Of a stretch of 64,000 bases of DNA, positions 24,319 through 35,844 are shown piece by piece. The notes beneath the pieces are model-generated. The model was given only the letters and a program-made list of their open reading frames with translations. It was not told where the DNA came from and did not search any database. How positions within the stretch are numbered: the stretch's first letter is position 1; every line of letters begins with the position of its first letter. The stretch comes from Marsupella aquatica (lineage: Eukaryota > Plantae > Marchantiophyta), in the NCBI GenBank assembly GCA_973895155.1, contig OZ316892.1:11410238-11474237 (forward strand). Reading direction: 5' to 3'. Both the position numbers and the translations under genes were made by a program.

Positions 24319-27300
24319 ATGAGTGATTCGGAGGAGTTTTTCGAAGACGTGGAACTTGAAGCACGAGGATCACCGCAGAGGTTTCAGGGGCAGAGAGAGG
24401 AGCAGGAGGAAGAGCACGTGACACCGATACCATCACCGGTGCGGCGTGTGGTGGAGGAAGCAGTACTACTACCGGAGCTCACGGTAAAGAAGAAGATGGG
24501 GACTTTCAAGCTTGGGGGACCCAAGTATGAAGTGACAAAGTATGATGGGCGCTCTGACTACTTGCTATGGGAGAAGCAGGTGAAGGGAGTGCTTTATGCG
24601 TCAGGGATGGGCCAACTGCTGAGCCCTCGTGAAGACGATGTTGATGAGAAACAATGGGACCGCATGCAGGAGCAGGGAGTGTGGTGTGTTACACTCTATC
24701 TCATGCCTCCCATCATCAAGCAGTTAGGTGCACATAAGGATTGCATGTCCTTGTTTGCGGAATTGCAGAGCAAGTATCACCGCAAGGAGTTGTCGAACCG
24801 GCTCTACATTTCCTACAAACTGATGAGTTTCAGGATGAAGGAATCTGGTACGAAGTTGCAAGACCATGTGGATGCTTTCAACGACATGGTCGTTGACTTG
24901 GAAAACCTTGGGGAGACTTTGAATGATGAGACAAAGGCTCTGCAGCTTCTTAGTTCATTGCCTCCATCTTACCAGTCCCTATCACGAGTGTTGTTGCATC
25001 GTGATAGGGATACCATTTCATACAATGACGTGGTAAGTTCTCTGCTTAGTGATGATCTTCAGCAGAAGATGCACATCACGTCACAGCCTTCATCATCTGG
25101 TGCTGCCCTCAATGTTAACCGTGGGAGGAGTATACAGCGACCAACTGGGGACCGTAGAACCCAGTTTAGATCTAAATCCAGATCTAAGTCCAAGGGTAAA
25201 TCCCCTCAGAGGAGGCAGGTGACATGTTGGAAGTGCAACCAAGTTGGACACTTCAAGCGAGACTGTAAGGGAAAGGCAGCGGAAACTTCATCGGCAAATG
25301 TGGCTAGGGCTGATGGAGAAGCTGATTTACTCAATGATGAGTATGTTTTATGAAGCTGGGGGTATGCCCTGTGCACGTCATCTAGGAGAGCAGATGATGT
25401 GTGGATTCTTGATTGTGCTTGCTCTTTTCATATTTGTTACATTCGTGAGTTTTTCAGTTCTTACTCTATTTCAAACGGTTCAGTTCTGATGGGAAATGAT
25501 CACTCCTATCAAATTGAGGGAATTGGGTCTGTGAAGATTCAAATGTTTGATGGCGCTGTGCGCACAGTGTCCGGAGTCAGGTATGTACCTGGCATGCGTA
25601 AGAATCTGATTTCACTCGGTGTGTTGGATTCAAATGGTCATCAATGGAGCGTTATTGATGGTGAACTTCAAGTCAGGTCGGGAGAGACAGTGATTTTGAA
25701 GGGGAGTAGACAAAAGAATTTGTATGTGTTACAGGGCAATACTATATGTGGAGAGGCCAATGTAACCAAGTCTCACGAGGAGATGACTCAACTGTGGCAT
25801 TCACGGCTAGGCCACATGAGTGAGAAGGGTTTGGCTATCTTACGGAAGAATGGACTCATTTCTGATTAGCAATCTTGTAAATTAGAGTTTTGTGAGCATT
25901 GCATTCTTGGAAAGCAGCATCGTCGTGCTTTTGGTGTTGGAACTCATCGTTCCAAAGCGGTTCTTGAGTACATACATAGTGACGTGTGGGGTCCATCCCC
26001 GACTCCCTCACACTCTGGAAAGTTGTACTATGTATCATTTATTGATGATTACTCAAGATTTGTGTGGATTTATTTCATGATGCATAAGTCTGATGTCTTG
26101 TCCATTTTTAAGAAGTGGAAGGCCCAGGTGGAGAATCAGACTGGAAACACGATCAAGTGTTTGGATACAAGGGTGAAGAGTCTGAGGTCAGACAACGGCG
26201 GGGAGTACACTTCAATGGAATTTGAAGAGTACTGTTCAGAACAGGGGATAACTCGCCATCTCACCACAGTTTATACTCCGCAGCAGAATGGTGTCGCTGA
26301 GAGGCTCAATCGGACACTGTTGGAGCGGTCACGGAGTATGTTGAGCCAATCAGGTTTACCACAAGAATTTTGGGCAGAAGCTGTCAATACCGCAGCTTAT
26401 TTGGTAAATCTTTCTCCTTCTAGTGCTATCAATTTCAAAACGCCGTTTGAGATGCGCTATAAGCGGCAAGCAGACTATCATGGCTTGGTAATTTTTGGAA
26501 GTGATGCATATGCTCTCACACCAAAGCAGAATAGGACCAAGTTGGATCCTACCTCCAGGAAATGTGTTTTTCTTGGGTACCAGAGTGGTGTGAAAGCCTA
26601 TAGGCTATGGGATCCTATTGCCTGTAAGCTCGTTGTCAGTAGGGATGTTTCCTTCAATGAATCCAGATTATTAAAGGAGGGGGAGAATACTCAGGTCTCC
26701 CGTACTGACAAAGGAAAATCTCCTATCCCGGATCTCGTTGAGGGGGAGATTGGTTATGAGGTGCATGACCGGAGAGAAGGAGTTGCTCCAATTATGGAGC
26801 TGGTTCCTGTGCCAGAGGAACCAGAGGAGTTTGTTGATGCTGGTGAGCAACAAGTGGATGCTATTGAGCTTCAAATTGTACCAGCACACGCAGATCAACC
26901 GGAGTCATCGGCTAGAAGAACATCTGGTCGCACTGTACGCGCTCCATCAAGGTATGGACAGTGGGTTGATTCATCTCAACTGCAAGAGGATGATTTTACA
27001 GCTGATGATGAGGATGATGCGTTAATTTTGGAAGAAGGAGAACCTTCTTCATTTCATGAGGCAAGTGCTTCAAAAGAGAAGCAGAAGTGGACTGCAGCAA
27101 TGCAAACGGAGATGCAGTCACTAAAGGACAACAAAACTTGGGAGCTTGTTAAGCTGCCTAAGGGTCAGCAAGTGGTGGACAGCAAGTGGATTTACAAGCT
27201 GAAGGATAATTCCATAGGAGGTGGATCGAAGGTCTACAAGGCTAGATTGGTAGCAAAGGGATTCACACAAGAGAAAGGTGTGGATTACAATGAGGTCTTC

Positions 27301-28626
27301 TCACCAGTTGCTAAGTACTCTACAATACGACTATTGTGTGTACTTGTTGTAATGTTTGGTCTGCTCCTAGATCAGATGGATGTTGTTACAGCTTTCCTCT
27401 ATGGCACATTGGAAGAGGTGATCTTCATGAGACAACCGCTAGGTTTTGTGAAGAGAGGACAGGAGGAATTGGTTTGCAGATTGCTGAAATCCTTGTATGG
27501 GTTGAAGCAGTCACCAAGATAGTGGAACAAGCGGTTTGACGATTGGATTCGGTCACAAGGTTTTCACAGAAGTGTATTTGACCCTTGTGTGTATTTGAAA
27601 CCGGTGAAGAATGTTGTCTTTGGGTTCATTATTTTAGTACTTTATGTGGATGACATGCTAATTGCAGCCAAGGATAGGTCTGAGATTGTTAAGCTCAAGG
27701 CACTACTTAGTGCAGAGTTTAAGATGAAGGACTTAGGGCCAGCTAAGAGGATTTTGGGTATGGAGATCACTAGGGACTTGGAGGCTGACAAGCTATGGTT
27801 GACGCATAGCAGTTATGCGAGGAAGGTAATTGCAAGGTTCAACATGGAGAATAGCAAGCCAGTAAGTACCCCGTTGGCTCCACACTTCAAGTTATCATCA
27901 GCGTTCTGTCCTACGGATGACACAGAGAAGGGGTTGATGTCAAAGGTTCCATATGACAAGGCAGTGGGGAGTCTCATGTATTTGATGACTTGCACTAGAC
28001 CTGATCTTGCCATGGCTATGGGCAAGGTGAGCAGGTACATGTCGAATCCAGGGAAGGTACACTGGGAAGCAATGAAGTGGATTATCAGGTACTTGAAGGG
28101 TACCGTGGATCATGGTCTTTTATTTGATGCGAATGCAAATAATGCTAAATCATTGATTGGCTATGTTGATTCTGACTATGGACAAGATTTGGACCGAAGG
28201 AGATCAACAACAGGATACGTGTTCACACTTGGCGGTGGATGCATAAGTTGGAGGTCTACTTTGCAAAAGTGTATTGCTCAGTCTACTACAGAAGCGGAGT
28301 ATGTTGCAGCTGCGGAAGCAGCAAAGGAAGCAATTTGGTTGGATAGACTTATCACTGAAATGGGATTGCCACAGGGGAATGTGAAGCTCCATTGTGATAG
28401 TCAAAGTGCGCTCCACCTTGCTGTGAACCAAGTGATGGACAGCAGAGTGAAGCACATTGACGTCAGATACCATTTTATCAGGCAGGCTGTGTCTGATAAT
28501 TTGTTTGAGCTAGTCAAGATTGATGGTAAACTCAACCCGGCTGACGCATTTACCAAAGTGATTCCTTTGGAGAGTTTCTCTAGACACCGTGACGTATTGC
28601 AGGTTTTGCAATTGCATCACAAGTAG
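24319..28626 (+). pseudogene. Copia gag-pol polyprotein, single frame with three in-frame stops
   Basis: Zinc knuckle CWKCNQVGHFKRDC, protease WILDCACSFH, LWHSRLGH, integrase SDNGGEY and PQQNGVAER, RT YVDD, RNase H DSDY and KHIDVRYH. The four ORF-track pieces share one frame, with stops at 25351 (TGA), 25867 (TAG) and 27520 (TAG). Confidence 0.93.
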
Positions 28627-28806
28627 AGTTTTCTTAAACATTCATTGTAATTACTGATATATGCTCTTCCTCATTCCTATGTATTAGGCTACGGCTTAGT
28701 TCTGGTTTGCTCTAGTTAGAGAGGGAAACCGGTTTGGTTTCTGTCCAGAACTTCCCGCTGAGGGATCATATACATTGGCAGTATTACTCTCCCCTAGACC
28801 AGAGTC

Positions 28807-28817
28807 AAGGGGAAGAT
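28807..28817 (+). promoter_or_regulatory. Polypurine tract
   Basis: AAGGGGAAGAT immediately before the 3' LTR. Confidence 0.85.
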
Positions 28818-29238
28818 TGTTGGGTATTTACTCTTACGTCTAGGTTAGGTATGACGTGGTTGGTACAACAACGTGGGTTGGTACAACTACGTGGTTAGGT
28901 ACAACTACGTGATTAGGTACAACTATGTGGTTAGGTACAACTACGTGATTAGGTACAACTATGTGGTTAGGTACAACTAAGTTGCACACTATATCATAAG
29001 AGGCATGTGTGCTTGGAGAGGTAGAACCAAGGCTCATTGTTATGGAGCCACTTGAGAGATAGGGAGAGCTTACACTGTGGAGACTCGGTATAGCCGACGG
29101 GCTTAGAGTTCAGTAAAGCTCTCTTGTGTGTTCCCGTGGACGTAGCCTCAAGGAGGTGAACCACGTATCTCTTGTGTCGACTATTGTGCGTTGGATGGTT
29201 CATGGGCTTGCCGTTGCGATCGTCGTCTATGCTCAACA
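28818..29238 (+). repeat. 3' LTR (421 bp)
   Basis: Direct repeat of 22708-23164, 36 bp shorter in the 18-bp array. Confidence 0.96.
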
Positions 29239-31233
29239 CTTTGCAGCCCTAAAAATGACTCGCGGCAGTGTATTAGTGCATGAGAGAAAAATGCCGTCAC
29301 CTCCTCCCCTGCCAGTCCTGACACTCAACTTTCACATAAAACAAATACCCTAAAGTAACACAGTCATATTGCGACAGTCTGCCATTGCAAGTTTTGCCGT
29401 AGTGCACATGACAGGTAGTGAGGACAAATATTGTAATTGTTAATGTACACATTCAATTGTCCTAAAATGTCGCAAGGGTGACGCAATACACAAGGCCACT
29501 CACATGCTAGTTGGCCCTTAGGCTCATATAGTATATTCATGAAATTGAAACATAGTCATTGTATTTCCAGGAATCTAGAAAAATCAATGTCACCTCATTA
29601 GCGCCATAGGAAGTAAACCATCTACACTAGGGTTCATAATGTATACACCGAGATGATTCCACGAAAGGCTGCATCTCCAAATACATGTAGTTCATGTTGT
29701 TTAAAAATCACCAAAAATCATTTTTAGGGCATCAAGATCCTATGATGGGAAGTAAGTGGAAGAGCCTCCAGGGGGGGTCTACCCTCCACCTGGTCAAATG
29801 AACTGGAGAATTACGGCCAGAATTGGCTAGATTCTCAATTTAGAGTGGCAGCTGCCATTTTCTTAGTTGCCAAAATTGGCTAGATGCCACTTTGCCCAGG
29901 AGTCTCTGCCACTTTTGGCAGCAGGTTCGTTGTGTCCCATTCAGCGTGCGTACACCTAGCCAAAGACCCACTTAACCAGAATTTAACGGTGATCTCGCAG
30001 ATCAAATGCTAGAATGGGAAGACGACAAGATAAGAAACATCCTAGCATCCTCTACTGGCCACAAGGTGACAAGAAAACTCCTTAAAAACTTGTGGAGGAG
30101 ACAAGAAAAAACCTTAAAAATTAAGCTGGCAGCGTGTGTTTTTATATGTGAACTTTTCCCTCCCACTTTTGTCGGAGTACGTGTTGGGTACCTTTTCACG
30201 TAAAAAGCGTCATTCTCATCATTTGCTGTAAAGGAGCATGTATATAAATGTGCCAAAGGAATAGGGTCCCAAAAGCAAAGACTCCCAATAAAGGGAGGGA
30301 AAAAAACCCCAGAAAAGACCGATGAGGCCCAACCAGCCAAGGGCTACCAAAAGGGAACAACCAACCAAAACAAACCACAAGGTGGCCTAGTAGATTAAGC
30401 ATGTTGTGTGGCGTCAATTCTGTTTGGTAAAGAGTGACGAAATCCGTTTGCTGGGTGTACTGTCACCTCAAACGTCAATTGTGCAATTGACAATAAAGTA
30501 GGTAGAACAGGTAATTGAAAAGGATTACTGTAAAGGAAATTGGACCAGGTTGCGCAGTCTTGTCCCTCCGTTGCGTCTAAAGCGGTTGTTTAGTGTATCC
30601 TTTGAGTGCGGATTACGGCTAGGGAAGTTAAACTTCTATTTTGTATGTACCACGACACCATCGCAGTCTCGGTGAATGGTGATGCTCTGAATCGGAGGAG
30701 ATGGCTTTTGCTTTGTACCCAATTGTCATGGAGACGGAAGTCCTGAATTCCGCAGACAGTGCGGACCGTCGAGCACATTGAGTCTTCAGAGATTACATTC
30801 AATCGGTGTTTTCGCGAATTTGTTTGTGCTGAGAGCAATGTGATGATGCCATTAGACTCCGGATTAGATTCATCTGCTGGAGCACTGAATATTAATCATA
30901 TATGCCATTCTGTCACAAGTGCGATCTTCTCGCTGTGCTGTTCGATGCGGTGGAGGCACGTACTGATGTTTGTCTGGTTTCCGCTGGAAACAAACGAGTC
31001 CAATCATTGTTTGCGTGTTGTGATGTGGACACGCAAATTGAGCAGGTTGATGTCGTGAGGAGCAAATTGGTTCGCAGGCTAAACATGCATTCTAAGGCCA
31101 GCATCAGGAGGAGACCACGTGCACCGCGCAAGAGGCTAAGCAGAATTAATCGACTCGGGTTTTGAGTTCTCGTTGAAGTGGATGTGGAGAAGCAACAGCA
31201 AGAGCACCATATTGAATTAATTTACAGGCGGCA

Positions 31234-34200
31234 ATGGATTCACTCCTGGCCCTGGCCGTCCAACAGTGGCAGCAGCAGGCGGCAATGTGGAATGATGGGA
31301 ACTGTCCAGTCCATTTGGCTGAACTGGATGGCTTCACAAGCAGTGCGATGGCGTGCTATCTCTGCTATTTTCCCATCCTCGCGGTGGCTGTGCACACCAT
31401 GTTCCTTTTGCTCATTGTGGCTCAGCATGTAAGGTCTCAGATCAGGCCTGGAAAGGAGTCCGAGCATAAAGTTTTGGCAAAATTGCATCCGGTAGCTAAA
31501 TTCCTATGCGTTGTGCTGTGGCTGCTGGACGTAGTCCACTTATGGCCATTAGTGGGGGCATCATCATCGACAAGTGCACTTGTGCTGTACAGCAGCGAAG
31601 CGGTGGCGTGGATCACCATCTTCGTTGCGCTTCAACGAGAAGAAGCCAAGGGCCGAGCTATATATGGCAACATTTTGAAAGCCTGGTGGGTAGCTTTCGT
31701 GGTTTTGTCCACCACAGGTTTTAGCGCAGCAGCTTTCAGTGGTCAAATCCTAACCGCAATACTTGAAATTGCGTCCCTCATCTCCTCGTTGTTTCTGGCT
31801 TTGAGCAGCTTCAGCGGGGGTGTGTATAGTGACAGAGTAGAGAAAATGAGCGGGGTTGACAATGTTATCGTGCCCCTTCTTAGTGAATCTCTTCCCGAGG
31901 AAGCAACCATCGACGCGCCTCGACTTGATAGTGGTTTTAGACACGCAGGCTTTCTGAGTGTGCTCGCATTCTTGTGGCTCAATCCTCTGCTTAATACTGG
32001 CCTTAAAAGGCCTTTGAAGCTCACAGATGTCCCGTTGCTCGACCCCACTGATGCTCCGAAGACAAACCATGAAGCTTTCCAGGAAGAGTGGAAGAGGCAG
32101 AAATTGGCAGCGTCCCCCGGGACGATTCCGTCTATGTCGTGGACACTATTCAAGACCTTTTGGCGATCCTTCGTTGTTTCGCTTACCCTGGTTCTCCTAC
32201 TGGTAATGGCGCAATTCGTTGCGCCTCTCTTACAGAATCAATTGATAAAATTCATGGAGGAAGAACACCGAATGTTCTCAGCAGGATTTACCTTGGTGTT
32301 TGCTTTGCTGACAGGAAAATTGGCGGAATCAACTTTTGGGCATCAGCTGAATTTTCGGTCGCGGAAACTGGGGCTCCGTATGTGGGCAGGGGTTGGATGT
32401 GCAGTTTATGCCAAGTCCCTCCGTCTGTCGCTGAAGGCCCGGCGAGTGCGGGGTGTGGGAGAAATCACCAACATCATGTCTTCTGATCTGCAGCGGCTGT
32501 TGGACCTCGCTTATTACATTCAGCAGGGCATGGTTGTTCCACTGCAAGTCGTTGTCGCTGTTCTGATTTTGTTCAAGGTGGTGGGAGTCGCTATGCTGGC
32601 AGGGCTGGCTTCCCTCTTGTTCGTTCTCTTTGTAAACTCTCTCATAGTTCGTAGAATGCGAAGGTTCAAGGCCAAACTGCTTGTAGCGAAAGACAAGCGC
32701 ATGCGAGCTACAACCGAGTGTCTAGGCAACTTGAAGGTTATCAAGCTACAAACATGGGACGAGATGTTTTTAGAGAGGATTCAGACAATTCGAGAGGAGG
32801 AAAGGGGCTGGGTTCTGAAGTTCATGTTGAACTGGGGCAATGCAATCTATATGGTTTGGAATGGTCCTCTGGTGCTCTCGGGTGTGACATTTTTCACAAT
32901 GGTTCTCCTCGGTGAACCATTGACGGCAGATCGCGTATTTACAGCTCTTACCACTTTCAAGATCATTCAGGAACCTATTCGAACCGTTCCGGACGTTTTT
33001 GCCAATATCATTCAAGCAACAGTCTCAATCCAACGCATTGGGGCTTTTCTTATGGAGGATGAGGTGGATGAGGGGGCCGTCGAAAGAAATTCAGAGCCAG
33101 AGTCTGATTATGCTGTGGAGATTGAACGTGCAGCATTCACGTGGGACAAGACGGGAACTGAACCAGCGCTGAAGGACCTCAATTTGAAAATAGAAAAGGG
33201 CTCTTGTGTAGCAATCTGTGGTGCGGTGGGATCGGGAAAGTCGAGTTTGCTGTACTGCATTATGGGGGAACTTCCCAGGCTCTCTGGCACAGCTAAATTG
33301 TCTGGACGACTCGCGTATGTGGCTCAGTCAGCTTGGATTCAGAATAACACCATTCGAGAGAACATTCTGTTTGGGCGTGCCATGGACCCCGATCGCTACA
33401 ACGAAGCTGTGCGGGTGTCCGGACTCGTTTCCGACTTTGCCCAATTTCCTGATAGCGATGAAACAGAAATTGGGGAGCGTGGAACCACATTGAGTGGGGG
33501 GCAGAAGCAGCGAGTTCAACTGGCGCGAGCTGTGTATCAAGATGCTGACATTTATTTGCTCGATGATCCATTCAGTGCTGTGGATGCCCACACTGGCACT
33601 TTCCTTTTTGAAGAATGTGTTAAAGGAGCGTTGAAAGGAAAAACCGTCATCCTTGTCACCCACCAAGTGGAGTTCCTCCCAGCAGTCGACCAAATTATTG
33701 TTATGCGGGCTCCAGGAGAAATAGTTCAGAAGGGCACGTACAACGAGCTGGTGCAAGAAGGGAAGGATTTCGGCGCTTTCGTGGACGCGTTGCAAGAATC
33801 ATTACAGAGTGTCAATCGAGCAACCCATAATAGCTTGGATGCAGAAGCTACAGACATGGCAGTATTGCCGGACAGTTTGTCCCAAACCCGGGCTCCATTG
33901 GTCAGTGGAAACCAAACGGCGTTTGCAGCGAGTGCGCAATTGTCTAGCTCAATAAGTAGGGCAGGTTCTCTGTCCAAATCCAGCTCTGGCAAGAAAACGA
34001 ATGGTACAGGAATTGCCCAACAAAAGAAGGAAAAGCTCATTAAGGAGGAGATGCGGGAGGTGGGGAGGGTAAACAGTAAAGTGATCTGGTCATACCTCTC
34101 CAAAGTTGGCAAGGGTTCTATGTGGACCCTGATTTTGATCCCACAGCTTGGAACAACTACATTCTCCCTCTGTAGCGACCTATGGCTGGCGTCGGGAACG

Positions 34201-35844
34201 TCTACTGGATCACCAACAAGTTTGCGGTTTATGTGGATTTACTGTTTGTTACTGTTCGCTTGCTCAACGTGTGTCTACATCCGAACAAGGTTGGTATCCT
34301 ACACAGGAGTTGCCACTGCTCAGGCTTTCTTCACAGGCATGCTCAACAGTATCATCAGGGCTCCCATGTCCTTCATTGACTGCACTCCAGTGGGTCGAAT
34401 TCTCAGCAGGTGCTCAACAGATCAAACCGCATTAGACGTAGAGCTCCCCTTCATGGTCGGAGGCGTCGGCAACAGCGTCATAAATGTGATGGGGACCATG
34501 ATAATCACTACCTACGTGACTCCACAAATTTTGTTCCTCACCATTCCGCTTGGGTACCTCTTCGTGAAACTCCAGAATCATTTCGTCACATCCTCAAGGG
34601 AGCTTTCGCGTCTCACTGCACTGACCGAGGCTCCTCTGTTTCTCCACATAAGTGAATCTATCGGTGGTTCGACGACGATTCGCGCTTTTGAAGAGCAGTC
34701 TAGGTTCGCAGACACAAATGTACTGCGCTTGACCTCTTACCAGAGGTCCTTCTTCCACAACATGACTGCAGCGGAGTGGCTGGGCTTCCGTCTCGATGCT
34801 CCCAGTGCCGCTGTCGTCTCATGTGTGGCAATCCTCCTGATCACCCTACCCGAAGGTAGCATCGCTCCTGGCTTGGCTGGAATGTCTTTATCTTACGGCC
34901 TGAGTCTGAGCTCTGTTCTGATGCGACTAGTCGCGTCAATGTCTATGGCTGAAGTCAGACTGGTCAGTGTGGAGCGTATTATGCAGTACTCCAATATTCC
35001 TAGTGAAGCGCCCACCATAATTCCAGAAAGGAGACCACCATCAGGCTGGCCAAGTGCTGGGCGAATTGAGCTCCAGCAACTTCAGATTCGCTACCGACCA
35101 GATCTGCCGTTGGTGTTGAAAGGAGTGTCCTGCGTGATTCATCCTCGAGAGAAAGTGGGTGTTGTTGGACGCACAGGAAGCGGGAAGTCCACTCTCATTC
35201 AAGCGCTCTTCAGGTTGATCGAACCAGCTAGTGGACGCATTTTCATAGACGGGCTGGATATCAGCACCATTGGATTGAATGACCTGAGGTCTGCACTGGG
35301 TGTGATCCCACAGGAGCCCACATTGTTCGAGGGCAGTGTCCGATCCAATCTGGACCCCTTCACCACTTGCTCTGACCAGCAAATTTGGGACTCGCTGGAC
35401 AAATGTCAGCTGGGCCAAATCGTGCGGGACAAGCCACTGAAACTGGACTCGGCAGTCTCAGAACAGGGGGAGAATTGGAGTGTGGGAGAGCGTCAGCTGT
35501 TGTGCTTGGCTCGTGCTCTGCTCAAACAATCGCGCATCCTCGTCCTTGATGAGGCAACTGCCTCCGTGGACATCACCACTGACGCTGTCATCCAACTAGC
35601 TATCAGAAAATACTTTGCCGATTGCACTGTGATCAGCGTTGCCCATCGGATTCCGACAGTTATCGACTCTGATCGAGTGCTCGTGCTTGACAAGGGACAC
35701 TTGATGGAGAACAATTCTCCGGAGAATTTGCTAGCCAACGAGAATTCCATGTTTTCCAAGCTGGTCAAAGAGTACACAAGCCGGACAGAGAGCAACAACA
35801 ATCTGGAGTCTCTGGGTCTCAATCCTTCAACAGGATACTCTTGA
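31234..35844 (+). CDS. ABC transporter C family (MRP-type), intronless, 1536 aa
   Basis: TMD0-TMD1-NBD1-TMD2-NBD2 layout. Walker A GAVGSGKSS and GRTGSGKST, signatures LSGGQKQR and WSVGERQL, Walker B YLLDD and LVLDEATA. Confidence 0.96.
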   Translation: MDSLLALAVQQWQQQAAMWNDGNCPVHLAELDGFTSSAMACYLCYFPILAVAVHTMFLLLIVAQHVRSQIRPGKESEHKVLAKLHPVAKFLCVVLWLLDVVHLWPLVGASSSTSALVLYSSEAVAWITIFVALQREEAKGRAIYGNILKAWWVAFVVLSTTGFSAAAFSGQILTAILEIASLISSLFLALSSFSGGVYSDRVEKMSGVDNVIVPLLSESLPEEATIDAPRLDSGFRHAGFLSVLAFLWLNPLLNTGLKRPLKLTDVPLLDPTDAPKTNHEAFQEEWKRQKLAASPGTIPSMSWTLFKTFWRSFVVSLTLVLLLVMAQFVAPLLQNQLIKFMEEEHRMFSAGFTLVFALLTGKLAESTFGHQLNFRSRKLGLRMWAGVGCAVYAKSLRLSLKARRVRGVGEITNIMSSDLQRLLDLAYYIQQGMVVPLQVVVAVLILFKVVGVAMLAGLASLLFVLFVNSLIVRRMRRFKAKLLVAKDKRMRATTECLGNLKVIKLQTWDEMFLERIQTIREEERGWVLKFMLNWGNAIYMVWNGPLVLSGVTFFTMVLLGEPLTADRVFTALTTFKIIQEPIRTVPDVFANIIQATVSIQRIGAFLMEDEVDEGAVERNSEPESDYAVEIERAAFTWDKTGTEPALKDLNLKIEKGSCVAICGAVGSGKSSLLYCIMGELPRLSGTAKLSGRLAYVAQSAWIQNNTIRENILFGRAMDPDRYNEAVRVSGLVSDFAQFPDSDETEIGERGTTLSGGQKQRVQLARAVYQDADIYLLDDPFSAVDAHTGTFLFEECVKGALKGKTVILVTHQVEFLPAVDQIIVMRAPGEIVQKGTYNELVQEGKDFGAFVDALQESLQSVNRATHNSLDAEATDMAVLPDSLSQTRAPLVSGNQTAFAASAQLSSSISRAGSLSKSSSGKKTNGTGIAQQKKEKLIKEEMREVGRVNSKVIWSYLSKVGKGSMWTLILIPQLGTTTFSLCSDLWLASGTSTGSPTSLRFMWIYCLLLFACSTCVYIRTRLVSYTGVATAQAFFTGMLNSIIRAPMSFIDCTPVGRILSRCSTDQTALDVELPFMVGGVGNSVINVMGTMIITTYVTPQILFLTIPLGYLFVKLQNHFVTSSRELSRLTALTEAPLFLHISESIGGSTTIRAFEEQSRFADTNVLRLTSYQRSFFHNMTAAEWLGFRLDAPSAAVVSCVAILLITLPEGSIAPGLAGMSLSYGLSLSSVLMRLVASMSMAEVRLVSVERIMQYSNIPSEAPTIIPERRPPSGWPSAGRIELQQLQIRYRPDLPLVLKGVSCVIHPREKVGVVGRTGSGKSTLIQALFRLIEPASGRIFIDGLDISTIGLNDLRSALGVIPQEPTLFEGSVRSNLDPFTTCSDQQIWDSLDKCQLGQIVRDKPLKLDSAVSEQGENWSVGERQLLCLARALLKQSRILVLDEATASVDITTDAVIQLAIRKYFADCTVISVAHRIPTVIDSDRVLVLDKGHLMENNSPENLLANENSMFSKLVKEYTSRTESNNNLESLGLNPSTGYS

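Larger units (their letters stand above)
22708..29238 (+). mobile_element. Full-length Ty1/Copia LTR retrotransposon (Tnt1/Tork-like)
   Basis: TG...CA LTRs, 5-bp TSD CTTTG (22703-22707 and 29239-29243), PBS, PPT, and domain order gag-PR-IN-RT-RH. Confidence 0.97.

Noticed and set aside
24319-28626. U-to-C RNA editing as a way to repair the TAG/TGA stops
   Set aside because: Such editing is known in plant organelles, not nuclear TEs. Methyl-C deamination explains the pattern more simply.
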